Positions 1-8,440 of a stretch of 64,000 nucleotides of DNA are shown in pieces. Both the position numbers and the translations under genes were made by a program. The notes beneath the pieces were generated by a model that was not told where the DNA came from, searched no databases, and saw nothing but the letters and a program-made list of their open reading frames with translations. Origin of the DNA: Candidatus Nanosyncoccus sp. (GTDB taxonomy: Bacteria > Patescibacteriota > Saccharimonadia > Saccharimonadales > Saccharimonadaceae); NCBI GenBank assembly GCA_045578285.1, contig JAZNJY010000004.1, positions 9,500 through 73,499 on the forward strand, written 5' to 3'. The first letter of the stretch is position 1. The number at the start of each line of letters is the position of its first letter.

Positions 1-1
1 T

Positions 2-52
2 CAGAAGGCATTAGACGAAGTTAAAGAAAAATTAACGGAGTTAAATATTTAA
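2..52 (+). CDS. 3' end (16 codons) of an ORF entering from upstream; position before rplQ is where rpoA usually sits
   Basis: Frame 2 reads QKALDEVKEKLTELNI then TAA at 50-52; synteny argument only. Confidence 0.3.
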   Translation, partial: QKALDEVKEKLTELNI

Positions 53-53
53 T

Positions 54-440
54 ATGCACCGACACGGATATAAAGGCCGTAAGTTCGGCCGCGAAACCGA
101 TCAGAGGTTGGCGCTTACTCGGGGGCTAATGTGCTCTCTGATCAAATATCAATCTATAACAACGACTCTCGCGAAAGCGAAAGAAATTCGTCGTGACACT
201 GAGAAGTTGGTGACCCTCGCAAAGAAGGGCGACCTCGCTTCTCGCCGTCTTGCAATCGCAAGACTTAATGACATTGAAGTAGCAGGAATGCTATTTGACG
301 TAATTGCACCACAGATTAAGCGTGATTCTGGCTATCTCAGAATTGAGCGTGCTGGCTATCGCCGTGGCGACAATGCCGAGATGGGTACGATTTCTTTTGT
401 GGATGAGATTTCTCTAGAAGCAAAGAAGGAGGATAAATAA
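54..440 (+). CDS. rplQ: 50S ribosomal protein L17
   Basis: N-terminus MHRHGYKGRKFGR..., length and overall sequence typical of L17; precedes rplM-rpsI. Confidence 0.95.
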   Translation: MHRHGYKGRKFGRETDQRLALTRGLMCSLIKYQSITTTLAKAKEIRRDTEKLVTLAKKGDLASRRLAIARLNDIEVAGMLFDVIAPQIKRDSGYLRIERAGYRRGDNAEMGTISFVDEISLEAKKEDK

Positions 441-865
441 TGAAAACTTATTCTCAAAAAGGCGCTGAAATCAGCCGCGAATGGTGGATGATTGATGCTT
501 CCACTTTGCCACTCGGTAAACTTGCGGTAGTAATCGCTGACAAATTGATGGGCAAAAGCAAAGTAACTTACACACCACATATCGATAATGGTGACTACGT
601 GGTTGTAATTAATGCTAAGAATATTAAGGTCACTGGAAACAAGATGGTCGATAAGAAATACTATCGCCATAGTGGATTCCCAGGTGGACTTACGGAGCTT
701 AAACTCAAGGAAGTGATCGAGAAAGATCCAAGCCTAGCAATTCGCGAAGCTGTTAAAGGAATGCTCCCGAAGAACAAATTGGCTGCTGATAGACTAGCTC
801 GTCTTCGTGTATTTGAAGGCGCAGAGCATGCTCATGCAGCACAAAATCCAAAGGAGATTAAATAA
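440..865 (+). CDS. rplM: 50S ribosomal protein L13
   Basis: WWMIDA...LGKLA...TYTPH.D.GD.VVVINA...YYRHSGFPGG motif pattern of L13; ATGA-type overlap with rplQ stop. Confidence 0.95.
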   Translation: MKTYSQKGAEISREWWMIDASTLPLGKLAVVIADKLMGKSKVTYTPHIDNGDYVVVINAKNIKVTGNKMVDKKYYRHSGFPGGLTELKLKEVIEKDPSLAIREAVKGMLPKNKLAADRLARLRVFEGAEHAHAAQNPKEIK

Positions 866-1266
866 TGGTAGCTACGAAGAAATATATTTACGGATTGGGA
901 CGCCGCAAAACCGCAACTGCTACAGCGCGTCTCTATAAGGGTAAAGGTGATATCACGATTAATGATAAACCAGCTCTTGAGTATCTTTCTGGCAACAAGA
1001 CTTATATGGCAGAAGTAACTGATCCATTGGCACTTGTGGGTAAACAGAAAGATTACGATATTACTATCGTAGTAAAAGGTGGTGGACTTGCCGGCCAGGT
1101 AGATGCAATTAAGCTTGCTATCTCAAAGGCATTGACACTTGAAGCTACAGATCTTCGCCCAGTACTCAAAAAAGCAGGACTTACTTCTCGCGATCCACGC
1201 GAAAAGGAACGCAAGAAATACGGTCTTCGCTCTGCACGTAAGAAAGAACAGTTCTCGAAGCGTTAA
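865..1266 (+). CDS. rpsI: 30S ribosomal protein S9
   Basis: GRRKTA.A...GG.GQ..A...ALTSRDPREKERKKYGLRSARK..QFSKR C-terminus typical of S9. Confidence 0.95.
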   Translation: MVATKKYIYGLGRRKTATATARLYKGKGDITINDKPALEYLSGNKTYMAEVTDPLALVGKQKDYDITIVVKGGGLAGQVDAIKLAISKALTLEATDLRPVLKKAGLTSRDPREKERKKYGLRSARKKEQFSKR

Positions 1267-1320
1267 AACCCTCAAACCCATATCCTTCGGAAAAGAGTTT
1301 GACAGAAAAAGCCAGAAAGA

Positions 1321-1356
1321 AAAACGAACTAGAAGTAAATTCCGGTTCGTTTTTTG
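1321..1356 (+). terminator. Rho-independent terminator after rpsI
   Basis: AAAACGAAC ... GGTTCGTTTTTTG short hairpin followed by T-run. Confidence 0.5.
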
Positions 1357-1430
1357 TTAATTAAATTACATCACTTCGTGATATAATTATGAGAAAGGTT
1401 GGGAGTACTTTAAAAAGGAGAGTGATTATT

Positions 1431-2219
1431 TTGAATATAAGAGAAAAGTGTGAGCGAATATGGGAGGGGTATAAGCTTTATGCTAGTACTGCTTATGTGC
1501 CGCGTAGGGGATTTGAATTGGTTGGTTTAACTGAGACGATTGACAATGCGTCGGTACCGGTGGACGAGATTTTCGAGTGCCGTGGTGAGTCGGGTTTGGA
1601 ACATCAAGCGAAGACAACGTGGCTCGCGTTTGCGTTTAGCGAAAATTTTCCGGATTTCTTTGACTCGGAGTTTATCCGTCAGCCATCTAAAGCCAGAAAC
1701 TATTATTTGTTTTATTTGGTGTCGGCCGTTGTGCTTAACCATGACGTGGGGGAAGTTTTGACTGGTGATATTCCAGACAATGGCAACCCTATGCACTACA
1801 CTAAAGATGCGACGGAACGTGAAGTTTTTGGAAATACGGTTAACCAGGCATTTGGCTACAATTGTTATCCAATGGAGGCAATGTTTAAGCAGTTTCAGGA
1901 TAAAAGAACGCATCTTGGCAAAGCAATGTATGCATTGGACAAGATAGAAGCGGTACTTACTTTGCTGTTCTTGGAATCATACGGACATTGTGGTGTGCAG
2001 GGTGATATTGAGAAGACGGAACAGGACGCATATTATATGAATGTGACACGTAGCGACAATCCTACGGATTGTTGGGCTGCGCATGTTAAGGAACTAATTA
2101 TGGGTTATCCAGAGGAAATTATAGAACCAACATTTGAACTTTTGCGGGTGGCCGTGCTGGATGTGCGTGGAGAGATGTTTGAATGGTGGGATCGTGTTTC
2201 GCAGGGAAAGGATATTTGA
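1431..2219 (+). CDS. HD-domain phosphohydrolase, YfbR-like 5'-deoxynucleotidase family
   Basis: H...(LEHQ), LNHDVGEVLTGDIPDNG (HD..E..GD), ALDKIEAV (D-K) motif series. The ORF opens at ATG 1389, but that ATG sits 2 nt after a TGaTATAAT box (1379-1387). TTG 1431, preceded by AAAGGAG, is the likelier start. Confidence 0.65.
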   Translation: MNIREKCERIWEGYKLYASTAYVPRRGFELVGLTETIDNASVPVDEIFECRGESGLEHQAKTTWLAFAFSENFPDFFDSEFIRQPSKARNYYLFYLVSAVVLNHDVGEVLTGDIPDNGNPMHYTKDATEREVFGNTVNQAFGYNCYPMEAMFKQFQDKRTHLGKAMYALDKIEAVLTLLFLESYGHCGVQGDIEKTEQDAYYMNVTRSDNPTDCWAAHVKELIMGYPEEIIEPTFELLRVAVLDVRGEMFEWWDRVSQGKDI

Positions 2220-2237
2220 AATTTTTGCTCTCAACCA

Positions 2238-2266
2238 GAATCCCCCGAAGATTCGGGGGATTTTTC
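2238..2266 (+). terminator. Rho-independent terminator
   Basis: GAATCCCCCGAA-gat-TTCGGGGGATT followed by TTTT. Confidence 0.8.
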
Positions 2267-2522
2267 ATGAGCATATTTTAGGAAATAAAAGTGGTGGGAC
2301 ACAGAAGCTCGAAGAGCTCGATAAAGTTTGGGCTGAAATCTAACGAATGTTAATAGCCCACGAGGATAATATGGATTAGGTTTTGAGGCCTCATACTTAA
2401 ATGTATTGAGTGGAGAAAAATCTAGGGCATGTAGGATGTCTCTGTGCTACTATGGACATCATGCTATAATTATGATATAATATAGTTATAGTACATTAAT
2501 ATGACCGAAAGGGGGAAATTCT

Positions 2523-3707
2523 ATGGTTAAACTGTTAAAACCCGTCATCGAACGCAGGTTAGAAAAGGCTGATTCCGGCATAGGAACGCGGAAAAGGGCA
2601 GCTGAAGATATCTGCTGTTTCCTTGAAGCGAATCCAATAAACGCCTATGATATGCCACTTGAACGTGAACGTTATTATAGCGCCTGCGAGAATCTGCTTG
2701 GGAATAGAGATTCTGAAAGAATCCTGTTATATCTCCCACTAAGATTTCTTGAGGATGCTCCGGAAACGTTCAAGAAAACATACCGCGATGCATGGTACAG
2801 GCTCCTCAACGTAAGAGATGTGCGTGAAAACTTTCATCTCGGCGATTGCTTCGAGCTTGATGCTAGACCACGCGACGGACTTGAGCGCGTAGCAAAATGT
2901 ATTCATCTCACGCCGTGGTTGCTCAAATATGGGTATATTGATGAGCGACAAATTCTGAGAATCCTGAGGGAAAATAGCGAAGATGAAGTATTACTACAAA
3001 GCTTCAACGACACCTGGGAATACATTCGTACGAATAAAATCCTGGGGAGTGAAGATTTGTACCAGCTTACTTCAAAAACAGCTCATTTACCCGAAAGAGA
3101 GAAACCGAAACCGCTCTATGTTTCAAAAAAGCGACTAGAATGGCTCGATGAGCGCAACAAACCAGCAGAGCTTTTAACGCCCTCAGCTAGACTCGAGGGA
3201 CCATTCTCGGATAATATTCCAATAATTGAGGCGCGGCTCGAAGAAATCGCTGCAAAGCTGAATCCGTCGGAAATTGTTCTAGTGGGAGGCTCTCAGCTCA
3301 AAGGATACGGAACCAAAAATTCCGACCTAGACGTATGGAGTTATGATCAACTTTTGCATGATATTGCGTTTAATCCTGGAAATCCTCACGTCATTCATAT
3401 CTGCTTTAATACGATATGGTTGGGCGGACAAGATGTTACTATGGAAGATCTGGAACGTCTTTCTGACCTAATTTCCGGCAATTACACGGAATGGGCAAAG
3501 ATAGCCAATAAGCTTTTAAAACGTCGAGCGATTGAGCGTTTAGAAAGCGACCTGCTCCAATATAGGCTGTTACACAAAGGATTCTCCAGGTTTACTGGTA
3601 TAGACGAGTTTTATATTCCGCCGGAGATGGATGGTGATTGTCCGTTCTATGTCGATGAATACCGTCGAATCGCAACCATGCTTTATGCAAAATACGTTTG
3701 GCTTTAA
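2523..3707 (+). CDS. Pol-beta-superfamily nucleotidyltransferase-domain protein with ~230-aa unknown helical N-terminal region
   Basis: LVGGSQLKGYGTKNSDLDVW matches the G[SG]-x9-12-DxD minimal NTase signature; RBS AAAGGGGG 7 nt upstream; TGcTATAAT promoter at ~2460. Confidence 0.6.
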   Translation: MVKLLKPVIERRLEKADSGIGTRKRAAEDICCFLEANPINAYDMPLERERYYSACENLLGNRDSERILLYLPLRFLEDAPETFKKTYRDAWYRLLNVRDVRENFHLGDCFELDARPRDGLERVAKCIHLTPWLLKYGYIDERQILRILRENSEDEVLLQSFNDTWEYIRTNKILGSEDLYQLTSKTAHLPEREKPKPLYVSKKRLEWLDERNKPAELLTPSARLEGPFSDNIPIIEARLEEIAAKLNPSEIVLVGGSQLKGYGTKNSDLDVWSYDQLLHDIAFNPGNPHVIHICFNTIWLGGQDVTMEDLERLSDLISGNYTEWAKIANKLLKRRAIERLESDLLQYRLLHKGFSRFTGIDEFYIPPEMDGDCPFYVDEYRRIATMLYAKYVWL

Positions 3708-3714
3708 GGTTATG

Positions 3715-3746
3715 AAAAAGGCCCCCGAAAAGGGGGCCTAATTTTA
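3715..3746. terminator. Bidirectional rho-independent terminator between convergent genes
   Basis: AGGCCCCC-gaaaa-GGGGGCCT perfect 8-bp GC stem flanked by an A-run and a T-rich tract. Confidence 0.85.
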
Positions 3747-3764
3747 TAGGTGCATTGGTTCTTC

Positions 3765-4958
3765 TTACAGGACACGCTTGCCGGTCAGACCGGTCATGCC
3801 GGTGGCATCACCGCCGCCCAACTCATTCCAGTTGATCTGAGTGCCCAGCTGCCACAACGCGACGAAGTAATTAACCTCTACATCGGAAGTAACCGTGTCG
3901 TGCTTGGCAAAGGCCAGGACGTACTTGACCAGATTCTGCTCCAGACGGATGTAGTTACTGGAAACGCTGGCGCCGATCTTCTTCAGCATCATCTCGCGGT
4001 TCTTCACGCCGACCATGGACGGCAGACGCGGATCCTCGAGCGTATTGCGGATGGTATTGGCGTCATAAGCCATAGCGGCCGCAACCTGAACGCCAGTACC
4101 ACGGAAAACGCGGTTAATGGAATCGACCAGCGTGTCGCCGGCGTCATGCAACTGAGTCGTGTCGGGCGGAGTAATCATACTCATACCCGCAGCGCCACCA
4201 CTGAAACCGCCGCCGATAGCCGCGATCAGCATAGAGGGGTCAGAGAAGCTTGCGCGCCAGGTCTGATACCAGCTGTCCAGCGTACGATAGCTTTCGGCGA
4301 TTGCCGGCCACAGAGTGTCGCGGATACGACTCAGGAACTCCTTACGGCGTCCTTCCGTGATGAAAGTGCCGTCCAGACCATCAATCGCGGCGAAGATGTC
4401 GCCATAGGCACGACGCGTCAGAGACTTACGCAGAGCGTAGAAGGTCGGGTCGACCTGTTCTTCGGTCTCATCAGCATACTTCTCCATTGCCTTGGAGAGA
4501 GCGTCAGGAACATTGTAGAGTCCAGCACGGTCAGCCAGAGCCGCACGAATAGCGGCGATGTAGGACGAATCGTCCACCTTCAGGATACCGCCGGTCTTCA
4601 GGGCATTCAGCCAGGATTCGTCGGTCGGGATGGACGGAAGCAGAGCCTCGAACTGGCTCTGAATCGCACGCGTTTCCGCGGCGGCCACAGCCGGAGCGGT
4701 GGCAGGCTTTGCAGCAGACTTCAACTCCGCTACGAGCTTGCGAGCCTTTGCCAGCTTCATGCCGGCGCCGGTCAGATCAGTAACTTCCAGAGAAGTCAGG
4801 TCATCGATGTCTTCAACGCCGAGATCATTCACGACTTTGTCGATCGTAGTTTCATCGGCGCCGTATTCGGCGAGCTTGGTGCGAACTTCGCTTGCGGCAG
4901 GAGCAGCAGCAGGTTCGGTTTCAGCCTCGGGAACAACTTTCTTGATTTCTTCACTCAT
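3765..4958 (-). CDS. Hypothetical protein, Ala/acidic-rich, ~60% GC (last gene of the 4-gene operon); no family recognised
   Basis: 397-aa ORF with RBS AAAGGAGG 8 nt upstream, 14 nt after the upstream gene's stop; N-terminal helix-hairpin-like segment LTSLEVTDLTGAGMKLAKARKLV. Confidence 0.7.
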   Translation of the reverse strand: MSEEIKKVVPEAETEPAAAPAASEVRTKLAEYGADETTIDKVVNDLGVEDIDDLTSLEVTDLTGAGMKLAKARKLVAELKSAAKPATAPAVAAAETRAIQSQFEALLPSIPTDESWLNALKTGGILKVDDSSYIAAIRAALADRAGLYNVPDALSKAMEKYADETEEQVDPTFYALRKSLTRRAYGDIFAAIDGLDGTFITEGRRKEFLSRIRDTLWPAIAESYRTLDSWYQTWRASFSDPSMLIAAIGGGFSGGAAGMSMITPPDTTQLHDAGDTLVDSINRVFRGTGVQVAAAMAYDANTIRNTLEDPRLPSMVGVKNREMMLKKIGASVSSNYIRLEQNLVKYVLAFAKHDTVTSDVEVNYFVALWQLGTQINWNELGGGDATGMTGLTGKRVL

Positions 4959-4972
4959 GGGTTTTTCCTCCT

Positions 4973-6292
4973 TTAATTTTTATTCGAGCTGACTTTGTCT
5001 AGCTCGGTTGGTCCAATTGAGAGTAATTTAAGCGGAACATTTAAGAACCCTTCGAGAGTATTCCCGACGAATTCGAAAAGCTCCTGCTTCAGAATGGGTT
5101 TCTTGATGGAATATTTAATTGTGTTAGGCTCAGCCTTCTTAAGAAAATCGACATACGATTCATTAGCCACTGGTGCATTTTTGTAATCAACGCAAAGTGG
5201 CCAAACACGATCGCACGCCAAAATCTGGTCAAACCAGGTAAGGCAAAGCCCGTCGAACGGAGTATCGCTACTCGCGTCAAGAGCATATCGCAAAAGATTT
5301 AAATCAAGTGCTCCGGCACGGACGATGCCTTGCCAGCGATTTTCATCTTTGTGACTGCCCGGGAGCATCCGTGCCGTGAACTCCGGATCATAAGTCGGCA
5401 TTGGACCGGCTCCATGACGAATTTCATAGGCACGATGAACGGCGTAATTAATTATTTCGCCGTCATACCCAGCTGCTCTCAACATTTCCATAGTGAACTT
5501 CGGGAGAGTCCTAATCGCACTTACGTGGGGCTTTAACCCTGTTTCTGCGTCGGTCAGAACTCCATGTGAACATTCGACGACGGCTACGCCATCGCCTTTT
5601 AGAACCTCGCTCAAACTTTCTAAACGAAGCTTCTTGCCTACATCTTCGAATAAATCGAGACAATACGGCAGGAATCCGTCGTCATAAAGCAAATCAAGAT
5701 TCTCGGCGATTAGCTCGGCGTCGCCAGGTAAACCATCTTCTCGAGAGATTCTGGCATACCTTTCTCTGTAATAATCGAGCTGTTTTTGGAGTTTAATGCG
5801 GATAATTTCGCGATCCTTAAGCTCGAAAGCCCGAATCGTTGCCGCTTTTCCGAGTGTTTTGAACATACGGTAGGCTTGCCCGACACCGGTCCCAATCGTA
5901 CCACGAGGATTGCTCCCCCGCAGAAGTTCTTCAAGCTGAGAAGAAATCCGATGAAAAGGTGTGGCCGATATGCAAGCCGGATCGCAGGACAAAAGCGTAA
6001 ACGGATCGTAGATCCCGAGTCGTTTTAAGGAATCCGACTCGTTACTGAGACCAACTGGCGAAATCACCATTTGCTCAGATAGAAAAGTTGGTACACCCTC
6101 AAACGTTCCGCAACCCCATTGTGAGAAATTGAAACTTTCTCCGTAGGAGGTGCGCACGCCGTGAGAGCCTTGTGCGCCACCGCGCTTGATAATGACTGAG
6201 GCGTCAAAATTGCGCGAGAGCGCGTGTACTACGCCGCCCTTGCCTCCATCACCTGGACCGAGATCAGTAACGACATAAATTTTCTCAAACAT
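4973..6292 (-). CDS. Divergent adenylosuccinate-synthetase (PurA)-fold protein, probably not a canonical AdSS
   Basis: Retains GPGDGGKGG (cf. GDEGKGK), GGAQGSHG (cf. GGHNAGHT), GTIGTGVGQAY (cf. GTTGRGIGPAY), RHGAGPMPT (cf. RVGAGPFPT) and SIGPTE (cf. STGPDR). EFGATTGRRRR is replaced by HKDENRWQGIVR, and TKLD by TWFD. Confidence 0.75.
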   Translation of the reverse strand: MFEKIYVVTDLGPGDGGKGGVVHALSRNFDASVIIKRGGAQGSHGVRTSYGESFNFSQWGCGTFEGVPTFLSEQMVISPVGLSNESDSLKRLGIYDPFTLLSCDPACISATPFHRISSQLEELLRGSNPRGTIGTGVGQAYRMFKTLGKAATIRAFELKDREIIRIKLQKQLDYYRERYARISREDGLPGDAELIAENLDLLYDDGFLPYCLDLFEDVGKKLRLESLSEVLKGDGVAVVECSHGVLTDAETGLKPHVSAIRTLPKFTMEMLRAAGYDGEIINYAVHRAYEIRHGAGPMPTYDPEFTARMLPGSHKDENRWQGIVRAGALDLNLLRYALDASSDTPFDGLCLTWFDQILACDRVWPLCVDYKNAPVANESYVDFLKKAEPNTIKYSIKKPILKQELFEFVGNTLEGFLNVPLKLLSIGPTELDKVSSNKN

Positions 6293-6342
6293 AACGCACC
6301 TCCTTAAAAGTCTTGTAAAACCAAATTGTTAACAGATCTTGA

Positions 6343-7446
6343 TTACAGATACTCAATACGATCCGGAGATTCCACGGACTCTTCATCGCCAGAGGCTTCT
6401 CCCGGCTGAATCGGCCAGGTATCACCCTTGTTTGCGAAGATGTCGCCCGCTTTGGGAACCGGATGTGGCAACGCATGACGAAGTTTCGCCTGCGCGCCGA
6501 TATCGATGTTGGAAAGCTGCTTGATCAGGTCAGCATCGCCGAACTTGCCGAGATGCTCTTTCAGACCAACCACTTCAATCGTCCCCTCGGTCAATCCGAT
6601 GATAGCGGAAATGATCGCCGGCAATTGCCGGGTGGAATCGATGACGATAACGGACTTTTCGCCGCAAAGATCACGCCACAGCTCGAGCGTATCGCCGTAA
6701 CTGTGATCGCGCATTACCAAAACGAATTGATGCGTTTTCTGCTTCAGCTCATTTACCATAGCCTTAACGGACGGAAGTTCACGGTGTATTCCTTTCAGCT
6801 CATTCTTAAAGATCTCGCTTCCGAAAATACGCCGAATCTCTTCTTCGCGCAAATGATTATGATAGGGTTCATCCGTAACGATGAAGTGATAGCCCTTAAG
6901 GCCGATACGATTGGTGTAAGCGTCGGTCAAATAAGCGCGCGCGAACATGGCATACTGAGGATCTTCCCCGTGATTACCACATCCACCGCGCTGAGGCGCC
7001 ATTTCTTTGAGATAGTTCACAATCTTGGGTGCTTCCATCTCAAACTGAGGGCGGCACATGACGAAGTCATCGTCGCAATCGCCGAAAATGCCGAGACAAA
7101 GCTGCGGGTCATATCCGGGCAAAACCTTGGCTACGGCGTCGTATAACTCAGGGAGAACATTCATCTCCGTGTCGACTTCGCCGCCCATAGAGCCGGTGGT
7201 GTCGCAACTGACCTCGATGTCCATCGGACAGCCGAGCGTAGCAATCCACTTCTTCTGATGGGGGTTCAGGCGAATCTTGGAGAAACGAATCGGCCCAATA
7301 GCGGGATCGACAATTTCGCTGAGATGTCCGGTCCGCCGAGCGCGTTCTTCCGCCTGCCTGGTTACGTTGGTGCTCTGAGTCACGCCATAATCACGACGTG
7401 CCTGCCGGTAGCTATCTACCGAAAAAGTTTGGTGTCCCATCTTCAA
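6343..7446 (-). CDS. von Willebrand factor A (vWA) domain protein with MIDAS-like motif
   Basis: DIEVSCDTTGSMGGEV (DxTxS MIDAS variant) after an ~80-aa N-terminal region; start overlaps the upstream gene's stop by 4 nt. Confidence 0.65.
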   Translation of the reverse strand: MKMGHQTFSVDSYRQARRDYGVTQSTNVTRQAEERARRTGHLSEIVDPAIGPIRFSKIRLNPHQKKWIATLGCPMDIEVSCDTTGSMGGEVDTEMNVLPELYDAVAKVLPGYDPQLCLGIFGDCDDDFVMCRPQFEMEAPKIVNYLKEMAPQRGGCGNHGEDPQYAMFARAYLTDAYTNRIGLKGYHFIVTDEPYHNHLREEEIRRIFGSEIFKNELKGIHRELPSVKAMVNELKQKTHQFVLVMRDHSYGDTLELWRDLCGEKSVIVIDSTRQLPAIISAIIGLTEGTIEVVGLKEHLGKFGDADLIKQLSNIDIGAQAKLRHALPHPVPKAGDIFANKGDTWPIQPGEASGDEESVESPDRIEYL

Positions 7447-8249
7447 TCCTCCTTAATAGTTTTCCAAATGATGGTATCGCGATCGCGATAAGTAAAAGGA
7501 TGATACTGAATCCCCCAACACTTTTTTACGAGTGTATAAAGGTCTCCATGAGCTTCCTCAAACGAATTGCGACCGAACTCCGAGAAATCCTTGAGCAGTT
7601 CAAGATATTCCTGCTCGGCGGGATCATCTCCAACAACAACCCAATCGAGAATAAACTTCGAAATAGCCTTGACGAAGTCGTTGGCCACCACATCAGCTAT
7701 ATCTCCAGAGAAGTTGTAGTAAATTAAACGGTGCTTTTCCGGCCCAATAAGATAATCATCGGGCGAGAAGATTGGGTATCTGGCAATAGGATTGTCCCCG
7801 GAAGCCGCTAACAGCTCAAAAAAGCCATAGAACTTCAGGAAACGCCCAAGAATCCAGATACTGGTACGGGTGTCGATTTCGGTTTTAGCGTGAAGCTTCG
7901 TCAAAGGGATTAACTTGCTGAGATCAATATCTGGTGTCGTGAAGACGTTAATACGTCGATCTCCCTGGGTAGATTCCATGAACGAAGACAATAGATTCGC
8001 AAATAGCCAGTCGTAGTGGGAGTTACTTCCGCCTTGATCCGCTTCAAACTTCGCCACCTGTTCTTCGAAAGAGCGCATAATATTGAATTTGCCGGCCTCC
8101 TCAGCGAGGATGTCGCCATCTTCAAATGTCTTCGCTACCTTCAAGATTACCAGCTGCTCGTCATCTATCGTGCCAAGGTAGATACGGAACTTCGGGGCTT
8201 CGCCAATGCGAGACCCCACTTCGATATTCCTGACTCTCAATCTAATCAC
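7443..8249 (-). CDS. Hypothetical protein, first gene of operon; faint protein-kinase-like-fold resemblance
   Basis: GTG start after GGAAAGGAA; LVILKVAK, FSPDDYLIG and YNFSGD loosely recall the beta3-Lys, catalytic-loop and DFG positions; not a confident assignment. Confidence 0.55.
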   Translation of the reverse strand: MIRLRVRNIEVGSRIGEAPKFRIYLGTIDDEQLVILKVAKTFEDGDILAEEAGKFNIMRSFEEQVAKFEADQGGSNSHYDWLFANLLSSFMESTQGDRRINVFTTPDIDLSKLIPLTKLHAKTEIDTRTSIWILGRFLKFYGFFELLAASGDNPIARYPIFSPDDYLIGPEKHRLIYYNFSGDIADVVANDFVKAISKFILDWVVVGDDPAEQEYLELLKDFSEFGRNSFEEAHGDLYTLVKKCWGIQYHPFTYRDRDTIIWKTIKED

Positions 8250-8312
8250 TTCCTTTCCATAGTAGAATCAAGACATTAAATAACTATGCCCCGCGTACGG
8301 TGCATTGTTCAT

Positions 8313-8341
8313 ATTTTAGCATATCAGAGCGAAAAAGTCAA
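8313..8341 (-). promoter_or_regulatory. Sigma70-type promoter of the 4-gene operon
   Basis: On the minus strand: TTGACT - 17 nt - TGcTAAAAT, ~60 nt upstream of the GTG start. Confidence 0.6.
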
Positions 8342-8440
8342 GGGAAGCATCTCTGGGCTTAGTCTGTTATTCGCAGGTAATACTGCAAATCTTCTCTTTT
8401 CCAGTTATCAAGTACGAAATCGTGGAGTATCTTTGATGGC

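Noticed and set aside
2270-2460. 300-bp intergenic region searched for a structured RNA (riboswitch, 6S, SRP, RNase P, tmRNA)
   Set aside because: Only short palindromes are present (GAGCTC-containing, TGAGGCCTCA). I recognised no conserved motif of any known RNA family. The region is explained adequately by a terminator (2238-2266) plus a promoter (TGcTATAAT at ~2460).
3750-4976. 408-aa plus-strand ORF covering the same interval as the 397-aa minus-strand gene
   Set aside because: It is a shadow ORF of a ~60% GC gene. It has no RBS, its start lies inside the terminator tail, and its composition is Arg/Gly/Val-rich and low-complexity. The minus-strand ORF has an AAAGGAGG RBS and is coupled to the upstream operon.
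6463-7146. 227-aa antisense ORF inside the vWA gene, plus similar antisense ORFs at 11608-12363, 13354-14061, 31096-31590, 35756-36730 and 56906-57352
   Set aside because: All lie fully within better-supported genes on the opposite strand. They lack RBS or promoter signals and have skewed, low-complexity compositions.
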